Source: Promethearchaeia archaeon (GTDB lineage: Archaea > Asgardarchaeota > Lokiarchaeia > Sigyniarchaeales > SOKP01). Taken from it: 64,000 nucleotides of DNA. Location: positions 64,001-128,000 of the forward strand of contig JAHQWG010000025.1 of assembly GCA_029856045.1 (NCBI GenBank), given 5' to 3'. Numbering within the stretch: position 1 is the first letter of the stretch; every line of letters begins with the position of its first letter. Of this stretch, positions 30,226-39,723 are shown in pieces. The translations under genes and the position numbers were made by a program. The notes beneath the pieces were generated by a model. That model was given only the letters and a program-made list of their open reading frames with translations, did no database searches and was not told the DNA's origin.

Positions 30226-31401
30226 ATGGTCGATGTAAAAAATATAGTTGTAGTAGGCAGCGGTCTTATGGGCAATGGAATTGCACAAGTAAGTATAATG
30301 GCTGGCTATAATGTAACTTTAGTTGATATTAAAGATGAGTTTCTTGATAAAGCTTTTGCGAATATTGAAAAAGGTATAAAAAAATCTGAGTCTAAGGGAC
30401 AATTGGGAGAAGGGGTAACTGCTGATAGTCTTATGGCGAAATTAAAAAGAACTTTAGATTTAGCATCTGCTGTAAAGGATGCAGACTATACAATCGAAGC
30501 AGTTGTTGAAAATATGAAAGTTAAAAAAGAAGTTTTTAAAACAATAGCAGAAAATTCTCCTGCACACTGTATAATGGCAACAAACACTTCTACAATGAGT
30601 ATTACTGAGATTGCGAAAGATTGTGGAAGACCTGAAAATGTCATCGGTATGCATTTTTTTAATCCCGTTCCTTTGATGCGATGTATTGAAGTAATTGCTG
30701 GAGAGAAAAGCTCTGAAGAAGCTATGGAGACAGGAATGGCTGTTTCAAATTCATTACCTTGTTTAAGGGGGAATAGATATGTTGCTAAAGTTTTAAAAGA
30801 CAGGCCTGGATTTATCGTAAATAGAATGAACGCCCCTGGTCAAATATATTTAAGCTGGGTTTTTGATCAAGCCAAAGAGAAACAAATATCATGGAACCAA
30901 ATAGATGCTGATGGTGGGCATGCAATGCCGATGGGTCCATGCGAATTATGTGATTATGTTGGATTGGATACTATGCATCATGTAATGGAATATTATGCAG
31001 AAACACTTTCACCCAATTTTAAACCAGGAAAAGTTATCTCAGAACTAGTTGAGTCAGGAAATCTAGGTGCTAAAACTGGTAAAGGCTTTTATGATTGGTC
31101 TGGAGGAAGACCAAAAATTGACAAATCGCAAAAAGCAGGATTATTTGACCTTCAAACTATGATGGCTATTATGTTAAACGAAGGTTGTAGGATTTTAGAG
31201 GAAGGTGTAGCTTCTGGATTTAAAATCATTGATGAAGCAAACATGGCAGGTATGAATACACCTGGACCTTTTGGTGCTGGTAAAAAGAATTTCGAAGCAT
31301 GGTCAAAATTATTGGATGAAATAGCAGACAAGACGGGAAAGGAATATTTAAGGCCTTGTGAACTTATGAAGTCAGGTGGCTTCGTGAAAATGCGAAAATA
31401 A
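30226..31401 (+). CDS. 3-hydroxyacyl-CoA dehydrogenase (paralog 1)
   Basis: GSGLMG, EAVVE, TNTS, MHFFNP, PGFIVNR, G.KTGKGFY. Confidence 0.93.
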   Translation: MVDVKNIVVVGSGLMGNGIAQVSIMAGYNVTLVDIKDEFLDKAFANIEKGIKKSESKGQLGEGVTADSLMAKLKRTLDLASAVKDADYTIEAVVENMKVKKEVFKTIAENSPAHCIMATNTSTMSITEIAKDCGRPENVIGMHFFNPVPLMRCIEVIAGEKSSEEAMETGMAVSNSLPCLRGNRYVAKVLKDRPGFIVNRMNAPGQIYLSWVFDQAKEKQISWNQIDADGGHAMPMGPCELCDYVGLDTMHHVMEYYAETLSPNFKPGKVISELVESGNLGAKTGKGFYDWSGGRPKIDKSQKAGLFDLQTMMAIMLNEGCRILEEGVASGFKIIDEANMAGMNTPGPFGAGKKNFEAWSKLLDEIADKTGKEYLRPCELMKSGGFVKMRK

Positions 31402-31495
31402 ATTATTAAAAAAATATTAAAATTTTTATTCACTTCTTTTTTTTCTAATTAAACATTATTCTTATTAAATAAATATTGGAAATTGTATACAAATT

Positions 31496-32686
31496 ATGGT
31501 CGATATTAGCAATATTAAGACATTTGTAATAATTGGCGTTGGTACTATGGGTCGAGAAATTGCACAAGTAGCCCTCATGGCTGGCTTTGATAATGTTATA
31601 TTGAACGATATTGAAGAGGATGTAATGAATAGAGCTGAAGTATATATTATCAATGGACTTAAGAGGCTTGAAGCAAAAAATAAATTAGGTGAAGGAGTTA
31701 GTACCGAAATGATCATGGCAAAATTAGTAAAAGAAGCGGATTTAGTAAAGGCAGTGTCAAATGCAGATTTCGTAGTTGAAGCAGTTCCTGAAATTATGAA
31801 GATAAAACAAGAAGTATTTGAGAAATTGGGTAAATTTGCACCCGAGCACGCAATTTTAGCATCAAATTCATCAACAATGAGCATAACAAAAATAGCTGAA
31901 CAGTCAGGGAGACCTGAAAAGGTAATAGGTATGCACTTTTTTATTCCTATCGTGGTTCTTAGGCTAATTGAATTAATTAAAGGAGAAAAAACATCTCAAG
32001 AAACGATGGATATTAGTTATATGGTTGGAATGAAATTGCCAGCCCTTAAGGGTAAAAGATTTATAATTCAAATTGAAAAAGAAAGCCCAGGCTTTATCGT
32101 AAATAGATTAACAATAGGAGGAAATATGTATTTAAATTGTGTTATTGATAATGCATTCGAGAAAGGAATTCCATGGGAAGATGTTGATGCAGACACCGGA
32201 GATTTAACACAATGGGGACCTTTAGTAAAACTCGATTTTCTCGGCTTAGATGTAATATATCATTGTCAAAAATATTTTGAGGAGGCTCTCTCTCCAGATT
32301 TTAACCCGGGAAAAGTCCTTACAAAGTTAGTCAAAGAGGGTAATTTAGGAAGCAAAACTGGAAGGGGTTTTTATGAATGGACAGCAGATGGAAAACCTAA
32401 ATTAAAAAAGGGAAAAAAAGCAGGGCTTTTTGATCTTGAAACTTATATGGCTGTTCAATTAAATGAAGGTTGTAGATTATTAGAAGAAGGAATCGTTTCT
32501 GGTTATAAAATAATTGATGATACAATGCTAGCAGGTATGGATATGCCAGGTCCATTTAGTGCTGGAAAAAGAAATTATAAAAAATGGGCTGAATTGTTAG
32601 AACTATTAGCAAACAAGACAGGAAAAGAATATTTTAGACCTTGTACTCTGATGAAATCGGGTGGTTTTATTAAGATGCGAAAATGA
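31496..32686 (+). CDS. 3-hydroxyacyl-CoA dehydrogenase (paralog 2)
   Basis: GVGTMG, EAVPE, SNSS, MHFFIP, PGFIVNR. Confidence 0.92.
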   Translation: MVDISNIKTFVIIGVGTMGREIAQVALMAGFDNVILNDIEEDVMNRAEVYIINGLKRLEAKNKLGEGVSTEMIMAKLVKEADLVKAVSNADFVVEAVPEIMKIKQEVFEKLGKFAPEHAILASNSSTMSITKIAEQSGRPEKVIGMHFFIPIVVLRLIELIKGEKTSQETMDISYMVGMKLPALKGKRFIIQIEKESPGFIVNRLTIGGNMYLNCVIDNAFEKGIPWEDVDADTGDLTQWGPLVKLDFLGLDVIYHCQKYFEEALSPDFNPGKVLTKLVKEGNLGSKTGRGFYEWTADGKPKLKKGKKAGLFDLETYMAVQLNEGCRLLEEGIVSGYKIIDDTMLAGMDMPGPFSAGKRNYKKWAELLELLANKTGKEYFRPCTLMKSGGFIKMRK

Positions 32687-32785
32687 AAAGATTAAATAAT
32701 TGCAAAAACATAATCAATTTTATTTGAATAGTTTAATTTAACGATTTTTAATAAAGAAAAGATCTTTAGCTAGAGGGGACAAAAG

Positions 32786-33973
32786 ATAGTAGATATTAGC
32801 AATATTAAAAATATTGTTGTGGTTGGAGCTGGTATTATGGGTCTCGGTATCACTCAATCTGCATTATGGGGTGGTTTTGAGAAGGTTGTCTTGAATGATA
32901 TCAAAAAGGAATTTATTGATAACGGAATTAAAAAGATTGAAGAGGGGTTGAGAAAATCCGAATCTAAAGGAAAATTAGGGGAAGGGATTACTACTGATGC
33001 ACTTATGCCAAATCTGATTAAAGAAGTGGATCTCGTAAAAGCTATTGCAGACGCTGATTTTATATTTGAAGTAGTTACTGAGGATTTGAAAATTAAACAA
33101 GAAGTATATAAAAAATTAGGAGAAAATTCTCCTGAACATACTATTTTCGCATCAAATACCTCAACTATAAAAATTACAGAATTGGGAGAAGCTTCAAATC
33201 GCCCTGAACAAGTAATAGGGATGCACTTTTTCCTACCTCCATATCGTCAAAGAGGGATAGAAATAATGAAAGGTGAAAAAACTTCTGATGAAACTATGGA
33301 AATTGGTGTGGCTGTTGGCCAAAAATTACCATGTCTTGATGGGAAAAGAGTGATTGCTCAACTTGAAAAAGAAAGTCCAGGATTTATTGTAAATAGGCTA
33401 CTTTTATCCGCCCAAATTTATTTTAATTGGATTCTTGATCAAACAGAAGAAAATAAGATTTCATTGGAACAAATTGATGCAGATGCAGGTAATTTAGTGT
33501 TAATTGGTCCATGTGAATTATCTGATTATCTAGGATTAGACACTTTTTATAATAGTATGAAATCATTTGAAACAATACTTTCTCCAGATTTTGCTCCTGG
33601 AGAAGTTCTCACAAAATTGGTCTCAGAGGGACATTTTGGTAAAAAAACCGGGAAAGGCTTCTATGATTGGATTGAAGGAAAACCCAAAATAGATAAATCA
33701 AAAAAGGCAGGATTTTTTAATCCAGAAGTGATGATGGCTATTCAATTAAATGAGGGGTGTAGGCTTTTAGAAGAGGGAGTCGTTAAGGGATACAAGATTA
33801 TTGATGATATTATGTTAAGTGGTACTGGCATGCCTGGTCCATTCGGCGCTGGTAAAAGAAATTATGAAAAATGGTCTAATATGTTAAATAAATTAGCAAC
33901 CCAGATTGGAAAAGAATATCTTAGACCTTGTAAATTATTAAAATCTGGAAATTTCATTGAAATGAGAAAATGA
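32786..33973 (+). CDS. 3-hydroxyacyl-CoA dehydrogenase (paralog 3), probable ATA start
   Basis: ATA-GTA-GAT-ATT-AGC-AAT matches paralog 2 MVDISNIK. The called GTG start would remove most of Rossmann strand 1. Confidence 0.9.
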   Translation: MVDISNIKNIVVVGAGIMGLGITQSALWGGFEKVVLNDIKKEFIDNGIKKIEEGLRKSESKGKLGEGITTDALMPNLIKEVDLVKAIADADFIFEVVTEDLKIKQEVYKKLGENSPEHTIFASNTSTIKITELGEASNRPEQVIGMHFFLPPYRQRGIEIMKGEKTSDETMEIGVAVGQKLPCLDGKRVIAQLEKESPGFIVNRLLLSAQIYFNWILDQTEENKISLEQIDADAGNLVLIGPCELSDYLGLDTFYNSMKSFETILSPDFAPGEVLTKLVSEGHFGKKTGKGFYDWIEGKPKIDKSKKAGFFNPEVMMAIQLNEGCRLLEEGVVKGYKIIDDIMLSGTGMPGPFGAGKRNYEKWSNMLNKLATQIGKEYLRPCKLLKSGNFIEMRK

Positions 33974-34022
33974 GTAGCTAGAGAATCCAAATTATTTAGA
34001 GAGAAATTTCTAATGGAATTTA

Positions 34023-35096
34023 TTATTCTATTGCTGTAATATCTCCCTCTTGTAGTATAACTCTAATTTTTTCAGCGTCTTTGAGAAATTCATTTCCTAA
34101 ACTATCATCACCCAATTCAACGCATAAATCTGCAATTTTTTCACAATATTCTAAAGCTTCTTCAAACCTTGAGTTTGAAAGTGCTGTTTCTGTCTTTTCT
34201 AGCATAACATCTCTTTCGAATAATGGTCTTAATAAAGGACTTACATCTCCACTTATTTCTAAGATATCTGCAATTATATTAATCATTTTTTCTCTATTAT
34301 TTGGATCAATGGCAACCATCTTGTAGGTTTTTGTACCTAAAATTTTTTCAATTTCTGCAACGGGAAGTGCTCCTGGTAAATCTTGCTTATTACCAATTAT
34401 AGCTGCATGAGTATTTGGTGCCTCATTTTTAATTAAGTCAAGAAAAAATCTACTTTTCTCCACATTTTCTATAGTAGAATCTGTAATTATCAGAACCCCA
34501 TCACTTCCTCTGATGAATTTATTCCATAAAAAGCTGAATTGTTCTTGGCCGGCAAAATCCCATAGTAGAAACTGCAATTTCCCAATTTTAATTGTTGATA
34601 CCTCTCCAGAGATAGTGGGTATATGTTCCGTTGGGATTTCTTCGGATCTAATTAACCTTGTAGTTGTAGTTTTTCCAACACCAGAAAATCCGACTAGAGA
34701 GATTTTTGGTTTTAAATTACGGTGTATTGCATCTAATGTTGGGTCAAATAAATTAAAAGTACTAGTATCAAATTGACCAGAAGTCATTATATCAGAGAAA
34801 AAAGTAAGAAATTCTTCTTTACATTTCAAAATCTGGCTTTCCAAGTTTTCAAATGATAGGGATAAACTACTTAAAAAGATTACTATTAATTTTAATTCTT
34901 TAGATGTTGTATAACATACTCTTGACTTATAATAATCGAAATAATTAGTTTTATCAGTGGATCCTTTAAAAGCTTCTTTATTTATTTGATCTAATAAACT
35001 ATTAAAGAGCTCTTGAGTGACTGTTTTTCCAAAATTGCGAAAGTATAATAAATTATTATCTTTATAGACATAAACTTGTCTTAAAATAAAAAACAC
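34023..35096 (-). CDS. Longin-like domain + Arf-like small GTPase + C-terminal helical (TPR-like) hairpin
   Basis: GFSGVGKTT, PTI, WDFAGQ, NKQD, plus an N-terminal ~125-aa longin-like alpha/beta region. Confidence 0.88.
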   Translation of the reverse strand: MFFILRQVYVYKDNNLLYFRNFGKTVTQELFNSLLDQINKEAFKGSTDKTNYFDYYKSRVCYTTSKELKLIVIFLSSLSLSFENLESQILKCKEEFLTFFSDIMTSGQFDTSTFNLFDPTLDAIHRNLKPKISLVGFSGVGKTTTTRLIRSEEIPTEHIPTISGEVSTIKIGKLQFLLWDFAGQEQFSFLWNKFIRGSDGVLIITDSTIENVEKSRFFLDLIKNEAPNTHAAIIGNKQDLPGALPVAEIEKILGTKTYKMVAIDPNNREKMINIIADILEISGDVSPLLRPLFERDVMLEKTETALSNSRFEEALEYCEKIADLCVELGDDSLGNEFLKDAEKIRVILQEGDITAIE

Positions 35097-35278
35097 CCTA
35101 TTGATATTAATAAGCTTATTAATGCAAATTTTTGCTTTCTTTATCTCATAATGAAAAATTTTAAATTTAAATTTATTTAATAAGGATTTTAATATATTAT
35201 CCCTTCAATTAAAATTAATATAAATAGAGGTTTCAAGTTTCGAAATCATTAAAAAAGATCTTAAAAGGAAGATGAATT

Positions 35279-37021
35279 TTGAGTGAAAAAGTATCACATG
35301 GTAAGATTTGGAATTTTAAATACACTAAGCATGTTCTTTTTTTGTATTTAATTTTTTCAATATCATTGTTTCTTTTAGAATTCTTTTTAACTAACCAAGT
35401 TGGTTGGAGTTTCTTTATCACTTATGCGGGCATTTTCTATATTGCGCCTTATACCAAGCACGGTATTGAAGACCTCTTTGATCAATTTCATATAAAAAAT
35501 AAATTCAGAAACGTATTGGTTCCTTGGATTCTATTTTTTCTTATATTTGTCTATTGCGCATTATTTTTTATATCAGGCCTTATACCTTTTACTATTTACG
35601 CAATCTATATAACTGCTATTGTAATTGTTTTTAATATTTTATTAACCATTAATTCACTTATCAGAATAGTTGCAGTTGGGTTTCATAGGAGAAAAATTGA
35701 TATATTCCCTATAAATAGAGTTGAATTTGCTGCAATGGAACATTTAAAAAATGGAAATCTAAGTTTCTCTGAATTAAAAAATAAAATAAAAGGAATATTT
35801 AATATTTTTATTCAAAATGTTTATTTTGATGATGAAACAGCAGCTTCTTCCATATATCTTTTGTGTGGTCTCCGTTTAGCTGACAGTAATGAAAAAAATG
35901 TCTCTTTAAACGAAAAAGGAAAAAAAAGTGTGAAAATTTGGGAAGATACTTTAAAGAATCAATTGGAAAGATTTAATAAAATTCTCAACAGCAACGCCGT
36001 GCTAATACGGTCTTTTATTGGGTTATTTCTCATTAGTTTGTTTAAGATTTTTTTTGGGTTATTCAATTCTGACTCGTTGTTTGCAGAAGGTTTTGAAAAT
36101 TTTCTTGATTGTGTAGCAGTTATTTTAATTGGAATTGGTATTAAATTTAAGAAAGAAAAATCTGTAAATATCATATTAGTCAGTTTGATGACATTTACTG
36201 GAATTTCTATTTTGATTAGTTCAATTGGATCACTTTTTAATCCTGAACCAATATCAGCTTCAATTATTATTATTATAATTTCGATTATTTCCATTTTTTT
36301 TAACACTTATTTACGCACATTAAAAAATTTTGTAGGGAAGAAAAATCGAAATTCTTCACTAGTAGCGAGTGCAATCGATAGTAGAGTGAATATTATGATT
36401 TCTATTGGTATTATTGTAGGTACTTTATTTTCTGACCTTGGAGCAAATTTAGATCCTCCTTTTACTCTTTTTTATTATTTGGATCCAATTATTGCAATTA
36501 TTGTCTGCTTTTTAATTTTTAAGGAGGTTGTTGAAATTATTAAAGAATTTATTACAGGTGAAGAGGAAGAGATAGAATTTGAGAGTTTTCAAATGAAATA
36601 TGAAGAAATTTTTGAAGAATATATTGTTAAATGGATTCTCTCCGTTTATAATGATGATCCAGAGATAAAACTAACTATCAGACAACTAAATGAATATTTT
36701 CAAAAATCTTTGAAAAAAGGTGAAGAAATTTATACAGAATTTTCCCACTTTGGTCTATATCTCTTTAAAGAAAAGGGAATACATTTTATTATTACAAAAC
36801 TAATTAAAAATGATCTATTAAATCAATCAGTTGAAAATTATCTCACTTTAACTGAAAAAGGAGTATTTTTATATGAAAATTTCTACTCTGGGGAATTATT
36901 AGAAGATGTTCAGGATCCTTTTGATTTCTTTTTTGATGACCATAGTGATACAGCTAAGGTAAAATATCGAAAAAAAAAAGTCATAGAAAATTTTGAAACC
37001 GTTAAAAAAGGAAAAAAATAA
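35279..37021 (+). CDS. Cation diffusion facilitator (CDF) TM domain fused to extra TM helices and two winged-helix-like segments
   Basis: KIFFG..NSDSLFAEG...LD, SSLVASAIDSR, LDPIIAIIV, and wing motifs VSLNEKGK and LTLTEKG. Confidence 0.7.
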   Translation: MSEKVSHGKIWNFKYTKHVLFLYLIFSISLFLLEFFLTNQVGWSFFITYAGIFYIAPYTKHGIEDLFDQFHIKNKFRNVLVPWILFFLIFVYCALFFISGLIPFTIYAIYITAIVIVFNILLTINSLIRIVAVGFHRRKIDIFPINRVEFAAMEHLKNGNLSFSELKNKIKGIFNIFIQNVYFDDETAASSIYLLCGLRLADSNEKNVSLNEKGKKSVKIWEDTLKNQLERFNKILNSNAVLIRSFIGLFLISLFKIFFGLFNSDSLFAEGFENFLDCVAVILIGIGIKFKKEKSVNIILVSLMTFTGISILISSIGSLFNPEPISASIIIIIISIISIFFNTYLRTLKNFVGKKNRNSSLVASAIDSRVNIMISIGIIVGTLFSDLGANLDPPFTLFYYLDPIIAIIVCFLIFKEVVEIIKEFITGEEEEIEFESFQMKYEEIFEEYIVKWILSVYNDDPEIKLTIRQLNEYFQKSLKKGEEIYTEFSHFGLYLFKEKGIHFIITKLIKNDLLNQSVENYLTLTEKGVFLYENFYSGELLEDVQDPFDFFFDDHSDTAKVKYRKKKVIENFETVKKGKK

Positions 37022-37038
37022 AAAAATTGAAAAATATT

Positions 37039-37974
37039 CTACATTTTTACTAATTGTCCAATTGAATCCATCATAGTCTGTTGTTTAGGTAGTCCTTTCA
37101 TTAATTCGGATTGTACTCTTTCGACTAATTGTTGTGGAGTCCATACTTGATTATTATTTTCAATTTTATTAACAGTATGCCATCCTCTGAAAACATAAAC
37201 TTTATCTCCTACTACCCTAAAAACTTCTCCAGTAATTTTTTTTGCAGCATCAGATGCTAAAAAGACGACCATAGGTGCAACATTACGAGGATTAAAAATA
37301 TCAAAGCCAGTTTCATCCATTTTTTTCATAATAGGAGCAGTTTGCGGAGTTGCCTCTACTGTTAATCGTGTTCGAGCCACTGGAACAATACAATTAACGG
37401 TTGAATATTTTCTTAATTCACCAGCTAGGATAATTGTCATTGCAGCAATTCCCGCTTTTGCAGCGCCATAATTTGATTGTCCTAAATTACCTAATAACCC
37501 AGCATCACTTGCAGTATTAATAATTCGCCCTTGAAAATTTGGATTAGTTTTTCCTGTTTGTCTGTAATATGCTGATGTATGACGACACATATTAAAAGTC
37601 CCTTTTAAATGAACAGCAATTACTGCATCAAATTCTGCTTCAGTCATATTGAAAATCATACGATCTCTAAGTATTCCTGCATTATTTATAACTATGTCTA
37701 GACCTCCTAATTCATCAATAGCTTGTTTTATCATTCCTCCTGTTTTCTGAAAATCAGTTACGGAATCATAATTAGCAACAGCATTGACTCCAAGAGCTTT
37801 TACTTCTTTCACAACATCATCAGCAACTTTACCTTCCCCTGATCCATCAGTAGAAGCACCCAAATCATTTATTAACAAATTACATCCTTCTTTTGCCATA
37901 AGTAATGCTTCTTCACGACCTAAACCTCTTCCAGCACCAGTTATAATTGCAACCTTTCCATCTAACATTCCCAT
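37039..37974 (-). CDS. SDR oxidoreductase (MFE-2-like 3-hydroxyacyl-CoA dehydrogenase type)
   Basis: TGAGRGLGR, INDLG, NNAGILRD, VHLKG, GQSNYGAAK. Confidence 0.92.
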   Translation of the reverse strand: MGMLDGKVAIITGAGRGLGREEALLMAKEGCNLLINDLGASTDGSGEGKVADDVVKEVKALGVNAVANYDSVTDFQKTGGMIKQAIDELGGLDIVINNAGILRDRMIFNMTEAEFDAVIAVHLKGTFNMCRHTSAYYRQTGKTNPNFQGRIINTASDAGLLGNLGQSNYGAAKAGIAAMTIILAGELRKYSTVNCIVPVARTRLTVEATPQTAPIMKKMDETGFDIFNPRNVAPMVVFLASDAAKKITGEVFRVVGDKVYVFRGWHTVNKIENNNQVWTPQQLVERVQSELMKGLPKQQTMMDSIGQLVKM

Positions 37975-38109
37975 ATTTCTATATCACTCTTATTAAGTAT
38001 TTAAAAACTCTTTTTTGTTATATTTAAACAATTTGATGGAAATTATTTATTTCTTATCAAACGGTTTAATATTTTTTAAAAAATCGAATAAAATTTACAA
38101 ATTAAAAAC

Positions 38110-38835
38110 TCATAAAATCTCTTTATTTGCTTTTTTAATCCCGAAGATTAATTCCTTATTCTTCTCTATATAATTATGACCAAAACCCTTAATCTTATTA
38201 AGAGGTCCCTCAATTCCTTTTGGATTGCCGGTTCTGGTATATATAATAAATGACTGTTTAATTGCTTTTAGAACATTATATGGAGTTTTGAAATGATCAA
38301 TCAATTGAACTGCTTTTTTTGGACCAGTATCAAAAAGTCCTTCAATAATAAAAGACATTCTTTCTTCAATAGATAAACCTTTGGGCGCTTTTCGAGAGAT
38401 AATTGGTGCTTTATCTTCTATTTGTTCCCTTATTGCAATTCTTTCAATCACGATTGCAGTATCATCAATATTTCTGGTTGGGATTACACTGATTCCTAGC
38501 TTATATGAAACATATGCTAATGCACCATAAATTGAGCTTATTTTCATTCCAGTATTATCAAAAACCTCGTCATTTAAGCCTTCAATTATAAGAATTGGTG
38601 TGGAATATGTATCTTTTAACCGTAAAAGTTGCTCAAACAAGCGATTATCCATAATTGATACCACAAAATCAAAACCAGTCTTACGTTCTATGGCAATTTC
38701 ATTAGTGATAATAATATCTGCAACATCTAATTGCTTAGTTTGGAGTAATATTTGATCCTTCTTTTTAGAAAATATATCTATCAATTTCCTTTCGCGATTA
38801 TCTAAAATAATTTGGAGGAGATTATTTGAAGCCAA
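38110..38835 (-). CDS. Short XPF/ERCC4 structure-specific endonuclease (no helicase domain)
   Basis: LDNRE, ADI, ERKTGFDF, RLFEQ, IIEG and HhH motifs. Start set at TTG 38835 (GGTGT + 6 nt). Confidence 0.88.
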   Translation of the reverse strand: MASNNLLQIILDNRERKLIDIFSKKKDQILLQTKQLDVADIIITNEIAIERKTGFDFVVSIMDNRLFEQLLRLKDTYSTPILIIEGLNDEVFDNTGMKISSIYGALAYVSYKLGISVIPTRNIDDTAIVIERIAIREQIEDKAPIISRKAPKGLSIEERMSFIIEGLFDTGPKKAVQLIDHFKTPYNVLKAIKQSFIIYTRTGNPKGIEGPLNKIKGFGHNYIEKNKELIFGIKKANKEIL

Positions 38836-38904
38836 TTTAATACACCTTGAAAAAATAAATGATTTTTGATTTAAATAAGCAATGACTGACAAAATTTTTT
38901 TATT

Positions 38905-39723
38905 CTATTCGATGGAACCTTTAAATTCAACTCGTTCTCCCGTGTCAACTATTCTTCTAACTCTTTGTACATTTACTTCACGCATTTCTGTATTATTTTT
39001 AAATTTTCGAGCAGGTTGGCCAATATAAGTCCAGTCTTTTTCTAACCTTTGTCCTATATTAGTCATTGCCCAAACACCAAGAACAGAACCCTTTTCCATA
39101 ACAGTTCCAGGAGAAACAACCGCATAACCTCCTATTATGCAATGATCTCCAATTATTACCTTTTTAAGAAGCATATAATCTCCAATAACATTACTAGAAA
39201 GAATTATAGCACCCTGTCCAACCATAATATTTTTTCCAAATTCTATAAACTCACTATCTACCCATCCATCAAATAAAGTGGATTTAAAATCAGCCTTCAT
39301 TCCACAAATCTTAAACGCGAGGTTTGTGATCCATGGGACCGGGAAAGAATTCCATACATAAAAAATAAATTTTTTAATAGTTGCACGAAAGCAATAGTAA
39401 AAATAATCTTTATCCTTTAGATCAATTTTGAAGATTCCTTCTTTTGGTTTATGGATTAAATCTAGAAGAATTAAAAGAAGTTTTCCTACTCCTAAATTAA
39501 TAAGCAAAAAACAAAAATACCAAGCTAAAATATCGATTGGTAATCTAATAATCATAAGGTTAAAAACTGTACTTCTCAAAACGTTACTATAGAAAGTAAA
39601 AAAAAGATATATTGTGGGAGAAAGGGCAATAAAAATCAAAAAAACATAAATTATACTAAATCTTTTCGCGATCGGAGGGCTTGTTGTAATAGGAACCTCG
39701 TCAGAATTGTAATTAATCTCCAA
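38905..39723 (-). CDS. Membrane-bound left-handed beta-helix acyltransferase-like protein (one module)
   Basis: Two TM segments, HKPKEG.F, hexapeptide repeats, GQPA. Confidence 0.75.
   Translation of the reverse strand: MEINYNSDEVPITTSPPIAKRFSIIYVFLIFIALSPTIYLFFTFYSNVLRSTVFNLMIIRLPIDILAWYFCFLLINLGVGKLLLILLDLIHKPKEGIFKIDLKDKDYFYYCFRATIKKFIFYVWNSFPVPWITNLAFKICGMKADFKSTLFDGWVDSEFIEFGKNIMVGQGAIILSSNVIGDYMLLKKVIIGDHCIIGGYAVVSPGTVMEKGSVLGVWAMTNIGQRLEKDWTYIGQPARKFKNNTEMREVNVQRVRRIVDTGERVEFKGSIE

Noticed and set aside
33160-33172. ATA at a position where HAD paralogs have ATG, suggesting AUA=Met recoding
   Set aside because: Ile, Leu and Met all occur at this family position, and ATA is used widely at ordinary Ile sites, so there is no evidence for a code change
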